Assembly (NCBI GenBank): GCA_030141605.1
Contig: JAQGDQ010001552.1
Location: 1 to 34,986, forward strand
Source of the DNA: Tubiluchus corallicola
Lineage: Eukaryota; Animalia; Priapulida
Length of the DNA stretch: 34,986 bases
Reading direction: 5' to 3'
The position numbers and the translations under genes are program-made. The notes under the pieces are model-generated. The model had not been told where the DNA came from, ran no database searches, and saw only the letters and a list, made by a program, of their open reading frames with translations. Every line of letters starts with the position of its first letter. Within the stretch, counting starts at the first letter, position 1. Shown piece after piece: positions 1-12,981 of this stretch.

Positions 1-485
1 ACAGGTAAAAATGGCACAGATAAAAATGGCACAGGTAAAGCTGGCACATGAAAAATGAAATGGAAAAAAGCGGGAAAAAAGGGCCACACTTAACATAACA
101 TCAGTGTGTGGTCATGCTTAGGGCTGTCGGTTGTTATTTTAACTATTTTTATATCTGTTAAGGTTTTGTTGTTTGTTTGTTTATTGGTTTGTTAACAGAC
201 TTATGTCAACAAACTGCTGATTTTCGAGAAACTTTGTAGAGTGTTGCTGCATGTGACAAAAAAACGCTCTAAATTCTGATGCGCATTCAGTGGCAGAAGA
301 GAAGGGGTGCAGAGAAAGATGTGCGTCATATTTACCCTAGCGGTAATAGCGGGAGTCTTCACCATACTGAATGCTATTTTAGTTTGATTTTTGAAATCAT
401 TTGTATTAAAATAACTTTTTTTCATTGTCATTTTTCTGCTTTTCCATTTGTGTACTTTTTTCGTGCGCCATATTGTTTGCCGTAA
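1..485. mobile_element. MITE or foldback-like non-autonomous DNA element, left end cut by the window
   Basis: 15-bp subterminal repeats ACAGGTAAAAATGGC at 1-60 with degenerate inverted counterparts at about 425-485. Confidence 0.4.
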
Positions 486-654
486 CTAAGGCGTAATCAC
501 TGGTTTTTAGAATGAACGACATTAGTCAACAATTTTATACTGACCAAGTTAAACTGCTAGTACCGCCGTAAAGATTACATTAGCCTAAAAATATTCCTTA
601 TTACAACAGAATATTGAACGGGGATATTAGCAAAATCTAGTTACAAATGCAAAG

Positions 655-1093
655 ATAATAAAATTGAGTAATCCTCAGCGTAATCTTAAGATAACAACAC
701 TGTTCAAGACAAATGCGTCCAGTGCAGACTAAAAAAAAACTAAAGTGCAAAACTAAGGCCTAATTATATACGATAAATGAACATATTTACAAATACCATT
801 TTACAAAACAATATTACAAAAGTACTTTAAATTTTACATGACATATTTTACACTATATGTACATTTGACATGCACAATTAACAGAAACATGCTTTACATT
901 ACATAAATTTCACTCCTTACATTTACACTATTTATACATTTGACATTACAAAACTAACATAACATGTATTACATTACAAAATTTTTTTAAAATTTTTATA
1001 TTTTTAATCGTTTTATGGAGTCAGGGGCGGGGGTAGATGAAAGTTGAGTCTGTGTAATTAGTATCAGATGCACAATGTGGAAGTTGAAACCTA
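655..1093 (-). mobile_element. Interspersed repeat family A (LINE 3' UTR-like), copy 1, tail missing
   Basis: High identity to 18908-19352 (direct) and 21580-21945 (inverted). Confidence 0.7.
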
Positions 1094-1189
1094 TAACATA
1101 GGTAATGGCTGCGTTAAAAATAATAGCCATTATTGTTCATCATTAATCGTAATTCGTTATCGTAATTCACAACAGTCAAATACAAAGAA

Positions 1190-1745
<556 letters not shown>

Positions 1746-1914
1746 CAGAGAGATAAAGCAGAAAAAATGTAGTACAATACACGGTGAGAAATAAAGCATG
1801 TAGAGCATGTAGTTTCAGTTTCAGCATCTACAAATAACAACAATATAGAGAACAATAAGAATAAGAACAGCAGCTCCACCCACGCAAAACAGAATCAACT
1901 TCAAAACAAAAAGA

Positions 1915-2180
1915 GCCACACAAATAATAACACTAACAGTAATAACAACATCGTCAACAACGATTACAACCTAATAAACAAAAACAATGTCAAGCAACCA
2001 CAGAAATAACAATAACAAGAACGACGACAACAACAACTCCAACACTAACGCCAAAATCAACATCACCAGCAGCAATAATAACATAAAAATGCTATCAAAA
2101 TATTAACACCATCGTCACCATCAACAATAATTACAACAACAGCACCAATACCGCCAGCAACGTCACCGACAACGTTACAA
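1915..2180. repeat. Degenerate (AAC)/(AAT) low-complexity tract
   Basis: Visible imperfect trinucleotide repeats. Confidence 0.75.
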
Positions 2181-2272
2181 ATTATGTAAGAACAAACGCG
2201 CCACCTAGGTATAAATTGCGAACGTTGTTAGTAACAGAATGTTGTAGTAACCATTACTAACTTTCTTTACAG

Positions 2273-2375
2273 GGTTGCGATATTGGAGGAGTCTGCTATG
2301 AAGAATTTGAAGAAAATCCAGATAACTATTGTCAAATGTGTGACCCTGATTTTCAACAATACTGGTGGCGAAATG
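2273..2375 (+). CDS. Internal exon of Cys/Trp-rich secreted protein paralog A: GCDIGGVCYEEFEENPDNYCQMCDPDFQQYWWRN; upstream exons not found in the window
   Basis: Acceptor ctttctttacag|GGTTGC and donor AATG|gtaata; phase 0 to phase 1, same as exon 12867-12981; all motif residues conserved. Confidence 0.85.
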
Positions 2376-2526
2376 GTAATAATTCATAACTCTTGCTTTT
2401 TTCATTATCATGGCGTCATTGTCTGTGTACTGCGCATGTCAATATTACCATTGGGTACTTTTGATTATAATATCTATACGCATCGCTGATATTACCAGAG
2501 TTGACAGATGCGTACCGCTTTGCCAA

Positions 2527-3180
2527 TAAGATCACGACACACCCAATCCTGGATAAGATCAGGACACACCAATCCTGGATATGATCAGGACACACCAATC
2601 CTGGATATGATCAGGACACACCAATCCTGGATAAGATCAGGACACACCAATCCTGGATAAGATCAGGACACACCAATCCTGGATAAGATCAGGACACACC
2701 AATCCTGGATAAGATCAGGACACACCAATCCTGGATAAGATCACGACACACCAATCCTGGATATGATCACGACACACCAATCCTGGATAAGATCAGGACA
2801 CACCAATCCTGGATAAGATCAGGACACACCAATCCTGGATATGATCACGACACACCAATCCTGGATAAGATCAGGACACACCAATCCTGGATATGATCAC
2901 GACACACCAATCCTGGATATGATCAGGACACACCAATCCTGGATAAGATCACGACACACCAATCCTGGATAAGATCAGGACACACCAATCCTGGATAAGA
3001 TCAGGACACACCAATCCTGGATATGATCACGACACACCAATCCTGGATAAGATCACGACACACCAATCCTGGATAAGATCACGACACACCCAATCCTGGA
3101 TAAGATCAGGACACACCAATCCTGGATAAGATCAGGACACACCAATCCTGGATATGATCAGGACACACCAATCCTGGATA
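2527..3180. repeat. 26-bp minisatellite, about 25 copies (GATCAGGACACACCAATCCTGGATAA)
   Basis: Head-to-tail units without spacers; two biallelic variant positions. Confidence 0.95.
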
Positions 3181-3337
3181 TTTATTTATTTATTTATCAA
3201 ATATATGCACAACGATCATTACAGCATTGTACATAAAAGTATTTAATAATATTATTTATTATTATGTGCACAAGATGCCAAGCTACAAATGACCCGTGGG
3301 GTACTCAAGAAGTAATTACTTGTTTAGAGTACCCCAA
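3180..3337 (-). mobile_element. LINE 3' end (L2/CR1-like) with stem-loop and (TAAA)n tail
   Basis: (ATTT)n at 3180-3196; hairpin GGGGTACTC...GAGTACCCC at 3298-3335. Confidence 0.5.
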
Positions 3338-3338
3338 A

Positions 3339-4183
3339 TGAATGTGGATTGAGTGTAACAGAAAAGAGCAGTAAAGGAGTAGAAAGAAAGGTTAATAGAG
3401 AATAGAAAGAAAGAGAAAGATGTGATGGTATATGTATGAAGTAATGAATGTGGATTGAGTGAAGTAGAAAAGAGCAGTAAAGGAGTAGAAAAGAAATGTT
3501 AGAGAATAGAAAGAAAGAGAAAGATGTGATGGTATCTGTATGAAGTAATGAATGTGGACTGAGTGAAGTAGAAAAGAGCAGTAAAGGAGTAGAAAGAAAG
3601 GTTAATAGAGAATAGAAAGAAAGAGAAAGATGTGATGGTATCTGTATGAAGTAATGAATGTGGACTGAGTGTAGTAGAAAAGAGCAGTAAAGGAGTAGAA
3701 AGAAAGGTTAATAGAGAATAGAAAGAAGGAGAAAGATGTGATGGTATCTGTATGAAGTAATGAATGTGGACTGAGTGTAGTAGAAAAGAGCAGTAAAGGA
3801 GTAGAAAGAAAGGTTAATAGAGAATAGAAAGAAGGAGAAAGATGTGATGGTATCTGTATGAAGTAATGAATGTGGACTGAGTGTAGTAGAAAAGAGCAGT
3901 AAAGGAGTAGAAAGAAAGGTTAATAGAGAATAGAAAGAAAGAGAAAGATGTGATGGTATCTGTATGAAGTAATGAATGTGGACTGAGTGTAGTAGAAAAG
4001 AGCAGTAAAGGAGTAGAAGGAAAGGTTAATAGAGAATAGAAAGAAGGAGAAAGATGTGATGGTATCTGTATGAAGTAATGAATGTGGACTGAGTGTAGTA
4101 GAAAAGAGCAGTAAAGGAGTAGAAGGAAAGGTTAATAGAGAATAGAAAGAAGGAGAAAGATGTGATGGTATCTGTATGAAGTA
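3339..4183. repeat. 106-bp purine-rich tandem repeat, about 8 copies
   Basis: TGAATGTGGA recurs at 3655, 3761 and 3867 (period 106). Confidence 0.95.
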
Positions 4184-5156
4184 ACGTGAACTATAGAAAT
4201 GTAAAAATTGACATAGCCAGCAACACAATGGATTCCGACAGGGACAGCAGCGTAATTAATCAAATTGATTTATTCTGTATAATCAGAAAACATTTCACTT
4301 TTAAAATTTCTTTTGAAGTTATTTATAGATAAAGAATTTTTTATGTATTCGTTGATGTTATATGATAACTAATGATATCAGATCCGAATGTTACAAGTTA
4401 CAGCACAATTTAGGAGACCAAGCCAAACGCAACACATTATATAAGTAAATTACAGTATAGGCAGTGATAATCACATCTGTTTTTAAATTTTGGATTAGAT
4501 TGGTACGAAGCACGTACAAAGAGACATTCTGTGAACAATAATAAAGAAAGTAACAGACTAAAATTGAACTTACAGTTTGTATCAGTCGCAGACCGCATCA
4601 AAAATACATGATTATGTGAAGCTAATTAGTTTGTTTTTCAAAGAAGGCAAATTACTTCTACACATTAACTCGTTAAAACTCTAGCTCTAATTACAGTAGT
4701 CAAGCAGTATCTAGGGTTACCAAGGTAGCTTTTGTTGAGTAATTACGTCACTCGTGGCGACCATAACGATGTATCAGTGACGTAGTTACATTGTTGTAAA
4801 GAAATTCTTACCAAAAAGCGCTAGAATGATTCTGTTTTGTAAGTTAACTTATTACACACATGAATTATTACAGGAGACTCTCAACAGGTACCGTAAGCTC
4901 ACATCACAGCCATTCAATCCCATAATTTCCTCCAGTATACATATGATGAATTTAAACAATATTTTTAAGTTAAGTGGGAAGAGGTTCGTAAGTGTCACTG
5001 GAAGACAAACACAAAAACTGCAGGACGAACAACAAAACGAGTGAGTACCTTGTACGCATGCGTAAAGGGGCTGGTTGGGACAAATTATGACGAGGATTAG
5101 ATTTGTTGTGATGTTATTTAACGTAATTAAGTAAATAAGGTTATGGTTGGGTTAAC

Positions 5157-5522
5157 TGTTGTGTTTTGTTTCTCTCGGAAGGCTCGTAGAGAAAACCAGA
5201 AAACACTTCCTAAAATTAAACTAGTTTATTAAGCGAGAATTCTACAACACAAAAGTATGAAGGAACGCGAAATGATTACACTAAACGTAAAAATCTGGAA
5301 AACGTTTGAGTGTATCTGAAAATACAAGTATACAAGAGAATGTGTAAGTGGCGTCTGCGTGTGAATCTGCGTGTGTCTGTCAGCGACCTGCTTCGCCTTA
5401 TATAGCATGCCCGAGAAGCTTCTAGAAGTTTTGTTCCAGAACATTCTCTACAAGGTAAGACGATTATTCTAAGGGAACATTCTACAATGTTCTATGTAAT
5501 TCTAATAGATGCCTCCACAACA
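5157..5522 (-). mobile_element. Solo LTR family B, copy 1 (possibly BEL/Pao-like)
   Basis: TGTTGTG...CACAACA termini; flanks TTAAC/ATAAC (4/5 TSD); minus-strand TATATAA and AATAAA; second copy at 19577-19947. Confidence 0.7.
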
Positions 5523-5774
5523 ATAACGAAAGTGATCGAGAAATACATGAAGGTGTTAACATAGAAGCATAAGTAATTATCTTTTTACGAATTAATAAAA
5601 TATGATAAAAGTAATGAGATATTATTCCCTGGGAGGATCGCGGATCTAAGAAGAAGCCACACGCTGATTTTCTTCATCATCAGCAGCAGCATGATGTTAA
5701 GCAATCAGTTTGCTTCAGCATCCACTTTTAATTTATGTTAACTGGCTAACGCAAGGGCTATAGTCACAAAATTT

Positions 5775-6128
5775 GCTGGGCAGACTGGCCATTTGTAGAG
5801 GAGTAAACCTTCCAAATCAGGAGTGGAACCCCGAAGGCGGACCAGTGCAGCATGCTCACTGACTCCGGCAGCTGCTACAGCCAACCTGGTGCCAAACGTA
5901 TCGCTCCGCTTTCATTTGGACTACGCCAGGGAGGAAGAGAGGGGGTTCCTGTTGTCTGGGCACCTCAGGATTTCCATACACCTTGCCCAGGCGTGCGCCC
6001 TGGAGACGTCCAAAGATCGCACTGCTCAGCCACAGTCGACGCTGCAGCTCCATCAATGTGATCAATAAGTGACTCTCTTGGCGCACACTCCATTGTCTTC
6101 CGAGACAGAAGGATGCCAACCAACCCCA
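5775..6128 (+). mobile_element. Non-autonomous RTE-clade derivative (5' UTR-like part fused to the RTE 3' end)
   Basis: GC-rich island ending in codons LSHSRRCSS (RTE ORF C-terminus, recalled) and the tail CCATTGTCTTCCGAGACAGAAGGATGCCAAC(CAAC)n; left boundary approximate. Confidence 0.65.
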
Positions 6129-6293
6129 ACCATGGATGAGGCATGACAAGTGATAAACCAGGTCATATTCGCTAGATTTGAATACCATTTAATCGTGCTC
6201 GTATAAGAATAATGCTTGCTGCTAATACATACAAACTATTTTCATATTTTCTTGATAGCGTCGTTGCTAGGTAACGAAGCTGAGCGTTAAATT

Positions 6294-6348
6294 CTAGGTA
6301 AAGCATAGGTAAAGCATGGGTAAAGCATAGGTAAAGCATAGATAAAGT
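6294..6348. repeat. 11-bp tandem repeat (AGGTAAAGCAT), about 5 copies
   Basis: Directly visible. Confidence 0.85.
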
Positions 6349-6424
6349 AACCACTAGTTGCTGGTTGTGAGCATGTATTACATGTTTTCCAACTTTTATC
6401 CATCCATTTTATACTTTGTTTCAG

Positions 6425-6471
6425 ATCCTCTTTGTTCAGAACTTGAAGAATACGGAGATGTGGAAGAGTGA
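6425..6471 (+). CDS. Probable terminal exon of paralog A: (D)PLCSELEEYGDVEE*
   Basis: Strong pyrimidine tract ending tttgtttcag; phase 1 fits the 2375 donor; short acidic exon with one Cys, like terminal exon 13295-13317. Confidence 0.5.
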
Positions 6472-6562
6472 TGGAAGTGGAAGTGGAAGAATACGGAGAT
6501 GTGGAAAAGTGATGGAAGTGGAAGTGGAAGAATACGGAGATGTGGAAGAGCGATGGAAGTGG
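6445..6562. repeat. 41-bp tandem triplication overlapping the putative stop codon
   Basis: GAAGAATACGGAGATGTGGAA at 6445, 6486 and 6527. Confidence 0.9.
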
Positions 6563-6706
6563 ATATAAAATTCATCGTTCGTAAACATACTAGATGCTAA
6601 CTGACGTGTAGAATTAATTACAAACTAACCCTCTTATCTGTTATGTGAATTTCTTTAAAAATTTGAAAGGAATTTTAATACCAGATGAATACTTTTAAAA
6701 ATCCGA

Positions 6707-6900
<194 letters not shown>

Positions 6901-6901
6901 T

Positions 6902-7129
6902 TGTAGCAGACATCTGTGACGTGAATGTAAAGCTTTTGGTTTTGGCCAGTTTTTCTGTTTGTTACCTGCTAGTCACCTGTCTGTTTTTACACACCTGTGC
7001 TCTGAACAGTCAGGTTAATCCACTATATGGGATGTGTGAGACATTTATGTTATGTTGGACATACTGATTATGTTACAATAAAGCATTCAGTGGTATTAAC
7101 CTGTGTTGACAGTGTTTTCTGTGACTACA
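6902..7129 (+). mobile_element. Solo LTR family C, copy 1 (about 42-bp internal deletion)
   Basis: TGTAG...CTACA termini, ATTAT on both flanks, internal AATAAA; near-identical to 26873-27142. Confidence 0.75.
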
Positions 7130-7307
<178 letters not shown>

Positions 7308-8019
7308 ATTTGAAAGAATATTCACTTGAACTCTAATTACAGCGCCATCTGCACGTAGTAGTTACTTAACATTTTCGCAATTTGGAATTGATAACAGACT
7401 GTGTGCTAAACTATCAATAATCAGCCAGCTCTTTTTTACCAGTTTTATCGTTTATCGTTAATTGATTAACTAAAAAACATGTATCAAACTTCACTAATCT
7501 GCATTAAATCAAAGTAATAAAAAAACTGTTCACTATACTATCATCATTATAAATGTATAGTATAATCATTATGATCAAATATTATCAAAGTTCGTCAATA
7601 TTTCATTGTCACGGTAACTAAGTTAATATAATATAGTATATAATATAATATAAGTTAGTATACTAAGTTAGTTTCAAGATACGGGGATAGCTTTTACAAA
7701 ATGTTCCCTTTTAATGGTCCGATTTACCAATTCACATTCAAAAAGTATTCGGGTTTGCCTCTCACTATAAACACTCACACATATTGTTTTCGACATGATA
7801 GCCAATAATACATACAAAGATCTTGACATTTCATTGACATATTAACAATGTTCATGCTAATCGTTTCGGGTTTTTTGTTTCTCCGGGAGATGCGATGCTT
7901 AAAGGACCAGTACTTAATGTATATGGGTTAACTGGAGTTAGACCAAGCGATTTGTTTCTTTTCCCAATATTTCGCAAATACTTGGAGAAGTTCTAGCAAA
8001 TTTAAATTTCGGTCGTTAA

Positions 8020-8475
8020 CCCTTTCAGTCCCAAATTATTTTTTAATAAGAAAAAAATTTTTGGCTTGGTACTTTTGTTCAGTATGTCCATCTTGTTTAC
8101 ATATAATAATTATTTTTTTCTGCCTGTGCCCGCGTGCTAAATATAGCCTGTATCCCACGGGATACATTGGCATTCAATGGAAGCATAAAATGTGCTTCAT
8201 TTTGCAACTGCTGATAATTTTTTAAAGTATTTAAGACATTTAGTATGCATGCTATGCTGATCTGTACAAAGTCGTCTTTAAAGTACTGTACCTTGCGCTG
8301 TTTTTTATGCTATGTAGATTTTCTAGTTTGCCATTTTATCACCATTTTAGTCTATTGTTATTGGCTTAAATCAAAATAACTATTAACAGATCAAACACTG
8401 TAAGTTTTAAAATTTTATTAATTTTAAAGGAGAAAATATTCTCTTATCCCACGGGATACAACGGGTATGAAAGGG
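8020..8475. mobile_element. piggyBac-type MITE
   Basis: TTAA|CCCTTTCA...TGAAAGGG|TTAA; internal repeated palindrome TATCCCACGGGATA; partial copy at 32792-32998. Confidence 0.85.
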
Positions 8476-9034
8476 TTAAACTTTTTTGCTGTTCTTAGAA
8501 ATCACTTACCAGCCGTCAATATTGGACTTAAAAGTGTTTATTTTGTGTCAACGTGCGAGACTCAACGTCATCAAATTTTGCTTTACAAGATCAGTATTCG
8601 GCATTGACAAAACCTCTAGTATAAATTGCTTGTTACTATTTCCACGTAATTTTATTGGCGGTAACCTACATATTAGATCTAGCTTATCACTGACTATCGC
8701 AGGTTACATAACATTCATAGATAAGGATCTCGCAGCACTCATGTTTATACGCCATCCAAGCAGTTGCACCGTACAAAATGATAGGTAATATCAGTCAAAC
8801 AATGTAATCACAGTGGGCAAACTGAAACACGTGTTTAATAATCAAATATAAAAATTTGGTAAGAAAATCAGCTTTTGATAATTTCAGTGTACCTTGCATA
8901 ACACTGCACTGTCTTTCTGTCTAGAATATAACCTTGAGATGGAATATCCACTAATAGTGTTTCCAAAAAAACAATGATTATAATATTGCCTTAATTTGAT
9001 GAGACCATTGTCTCGAGTATCATTAATATCGAGA

Positions 9035-9762
9035 CTAGCAAAGCCCCGCAAAAAATTTGCGTATAAATACACTTATAATCAAAAATACGCGATAATCTTA
9101 CATAGTCCTCGTAGCAGCTTTTACTGAATTACATAAAGTTACAAGGTTATAAGCAGAGTATAATGGATGACGTCAGAACAATGGCTTTGCGTCAGCAGGT
9201 TTCCGAGCGAAAATCGCGGAAATGGAACCTCCAATCAACTCGTCACAGCTCTTCAGGGTCAAGACGTCCTAAAATACAGTCCACACCATCGTATAGCCCT
9301 CTTCTTCCTCTTTCTAAAGAGCTATATATCTCCTCCCGAGAGTCCCACCAGGCGCCGCTAAAATGTTTTTCCCGCATGCTGTTTGATCAAAATTTCCAAA
9401 AAATCGGCAATTGGGTCCGGGAAAACGCCCGTCACGGGATGCCGTGGCCTCCCGCGAAACCTAAATATGACTATAACGCCCACCGCTGAACGGGCTAGTC
9501 AGTCATTACCAGCACCGCCCACGGCCCATTCCGAATCTCAAGAAATAAGAGATATAGTTTTGCAAAAAATGGGCAAAAATGGCCATTATTCGGTCCCCGT
9601 TCGTCCCCGTGGGTCTCGATTAAAAAAATAAACCCCCAATGAGACGACACTAGATCGAGACCTTTCCTTTCATATATAGATCGCCGCAAATGGTTCCGTC
9701 GTTGAGGCTGTAGCTTCGAATCTTATATATTAAGCCCATACCAGCGAAATTAATATATACGA
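9035..9762 (-). mobile_element. Non-autonomous Helitron
   Basis: Minus strand starts A|TCGTATATATT and ends with hairpin CGCAAA-TT-TTTGCG shortly before CTAG|T; no TSD; GC content higher than flanks. Confidence 0.65.
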
Positions 9763-10132
9763 TGTTCAAAAGACTAGCAGGTATAGTCCTTTAACGACTA
9801 ATCATGGCATTTTGGCCAAGAAAGCATTTCTTTATATCCGAGACACAGATGATTCTTTAAAAATTGTTTGTGTGGGTATTTATGGGAACCAAACTGCAAC
9901 CAGTTCGTACAAGTAGCAAGAGCTACATATAAATTTCACTCCTCACAAAGTTCCACATAAATGAGGCTGCGCGGAAAAACGAAATAAATTCTTTTTAAAA
10001 GAATATTATCTCAGATAATTCTAGTCCATATAAAATGGCCGAAAATTTATAAAACCAGACTATACTGCCGAACATACGCAAATAACGTATGTCATGCATG
10101 TCTTGTTATTATTAAATAAAGATTATTTTTGT

Positions 10133-10312
10133 TATCATCGTCATCATGATCACGATCATGATTGTGATCATCATCAGCATCGTCATCATCATCGTATCAT
10201 CGTCATCATCATCGTATCATCGTCATCATCATCGTACCATCGTCATCATCATCGTATCATCGTTATCATCATCGTACCATCGTCATCATCATCGTATCAT
10301 CGTTATCTTCAT
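10133..10312. repeat. (CAT/CGT) low-complexity repeat with about 20-bp periodicity
   Basis: Directly visible. Confidence 0.9.
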
Positions 10313-10774
10313 TATTACAAAGAACTCGACAAAATAAGGCGAGTGAAGATTAAAGAGATATCAACTTCTTTCCTGTTCATAGATGTCGCCACGTTATGCA
10401 TAATGTACTATGACAACGACTCGTAGTAGTATTTAGCACTAGTTTTGCCACTAAAAATTTATAGAACCAAGAGTGTACTATTAACACGGAGCGGTGGGAA
10501 ATAATTCAGAGATGTACGAGACATATTGGTCATCTTATCATATCAGTCAGGCAGACGAATGACCAGTTCCTTAAAAAAAATTTACGAGTAACCTTAGCTC
10601 TACACTAAGTAATTACACCTGACAAAATGTAGACAGGTGATCGTACCTCTTTGTTTTCTCGAAAAACTGACAAAAATCATTGATTTGTTCGCCTTTGACG
10701 CTTAACAATGTACGGAACATATATTAATCGGACTGAGTGACACAAAACCCTAAAGGGAAGCTCTTGACCTGATA

Positions 10775-11461
<687 letters not shown>

Positions 11462-11612
11462 TCTGATATTTGACCAGTAGACGTAAACTTTATTTTCTAA
11501 AATCGGGAAAATGAGAAGCATTTAGTCAGCGTTTACTGTGCTGTACTTATTTTTAACACAAGAGTCGCTGTGACCTTGGAACTTACATGCATGAATTCAA
11601 TGGCTTCTATAC

Positions 11613-11624
11613 CTATATACATAA
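11613..11624 (+). promoter_or_regulatory. TATA-like element upstream of gene B
   Basis: CTATATACATAA about 85 bp upstream of ATG 11700. Confidence 0.3.
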
Positions 11625-11699
11625 GATACTAGCAAGTTAAACTCTCAGCAACAGTATCTTCGAATTACTTGTTCTGGTTAGCCGTGTCTTGCCGTCATC

Positions 11700-11744
11700 A
11701 TGAATTCGTGTTTTGCTTCGCTTTTCTGGGGTGTATTATTACTG
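11700..11744 (+). CDS. Gene B exon 1 (signal peptide MNSCFASLFWGVLLL)
   Basis: ATG at 11700, hydrophobic codons, donor CTG|gtaagt, phase 0. Confidence 0.8.
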
Positions 11745-12069
11745 GTAAGTCATTATCGATTATTCTATTTGTATTGATTTTTTACTTATTCTTTGTACGT
11801 GTACGGAATTAAGTTATGATTGGTTTCCACACTTTTTCTTATAAACAGCATTTTGGACACTAGGTGGGGTAAATATTTGGTTGCTGTATTTCCTCTTTAT
11901 AAATTTTAAAATGATTAGGCCTATTAAAAGTTTCGAAACTCAGTCGGTCAATGGCCGAACAAGTTGTTTTAGCAATTAATTTTGACCCTGTACATTGTAT
12001 ATTTAATACACAAGCATTTTTAAGAAATCTATACATTCATACTCATCAGAAATTTTGGTTTTTGCTAAG

Positions 12070-12180
12070 CTAAACTCATCTAAACGTGACTCGAACAGTT
12101 CAGTAGTGTTTTTTAACTATTTTTACAACCTAAACTCATCTAAAAGTGACTCGGACAGTTCAGTAGTGTTTTTTAACTTA
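12070..12180. repeat. Two-copy direct repeat, period 60
   Basis: CTAAACTCATCTAAA.GTGACTCG.ACAGTTCAGTAGTGTTTTTTAACT occurs twice. Confidence 0.85.
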
Positions 12181-12252
12181 TCAAGTAATGGCAAACGTAC
12201 TTTGATGAATGATTGTTTTCATGTAAAACTCTGTATAAGCGTCTGCTTTTAG

Positions 12253-12396
12253 ATAATTTACCAACATTCGGTATCATGCTCACACTGCCATGACTGTAAT
12301 ATCAACGATTATTGCTATTATGAAGGGGACGAGAATCCGCATAACCCTTGCCAAGTGTGTGATCCGTTCTATAGTAGATGGTGGTGGACTGATATT
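12253..12396 (+). CDS. Gene B exon 2: IIYQHSVSCSHCHDCNINDYCYYEGDENPHNPCQVCDPFYSRWWWTDI
   Basis: gcttttag| acceptor and |gtaagt donor; 144 nt, phase 0-0; completes the signal peptide and carries module 1. Confidence 0.88.
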
Positions 12397-12577
12397 GTAA
12401 GTATTTTGTTTTATTCGAAGTTGTACTCGATTATACAAGATTTTTGTCTTCCACCTGTTGAACAAGGGTATTTTCAGAAATTCGAGCACGATGCTTTAAC
12501 ATAGAGCCTGACGTCATACCTCATTATTGCTCGTTTCTTGCGTAATTTTTATTTTTCAATTCGTCTACTACTTTTAA

Positions 12578-12862
12578 CCAGACGGTTTAGTCTAGTGGTA
12601 ATGCGTCTGTTTTCCGTCTGGGAGGTCGTGAGTTCGAACCAGCGGCCGGGTCATACCAAAGACTTTAAAAATGGTACCTGCTGTTGTCCTGCCTGACGCG
12701 TGGTATTTAGGGTAAAAGTGGGGTAATAATAGTCTCTGTTATGTAGTTGTAGGTTGTTATTTACAGTCGGCGATAATAGCTCTTTGAGCTAATGTTAATT
12801 GTTGACCCAAAAGCTCACTTTAAATAAATATTATTATTATTATTATGATTATTATTATTATT
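12578..12862 (+). mobile_element. tRNA-derived SINE with (TAT)n tail in gene B intron 2
   Basis: Pol III A box TAGTCTAGTGG (12588) and B box GTTCGAACC (12632); central GGGTCATACCAAAGACTTTAAAAATGGTACC resembles the Meta/MESC-type SINE domain (from memory). Confidence 0.8.
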
Positions 12863-12866
12863 ACAG

Positions 12867-12981
12867 GGTTGCTATATTTACGGCGTGTGCTACCAAGATG
12901 GTGAACCTAATCCATATGACCCACACGGTTGCGAATACTGCGATCCTGCAAGAAGTGCATATTGGTGGAGCACATATGATG
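12867..12981 (+). CDS. Gene B exon 3: GCYIYGVCYQDGEPNPYDPHGCEYCDPARSAYWWSTYD
   Basis: ttacag| acceptor and G|gtaagc donor; phase 0-1; module 2. Confidence 0.88.

Noticed and set aside
2527-3180. CRISPR-like array (also considered for 20433-21105 and 31003-32237)
   Set aside because: No unique spacers, no cas genes, eukaryotic context
5680-5800. HDV-like ribozyme at the 5' end of the RTE derivative
   Set aside because: Could not build the nested double pseudoknot by eye
9163-9689. Several short ORFs in a GC-richer segment
   Set aside because: Inside a non-autonomous Helitron; no recognisable protein motifs
12581-12650. tRNA gene
   Set aside because: A and B boxes are present, but I could not fold a cloverleaf and it continues into a SINE body and tail
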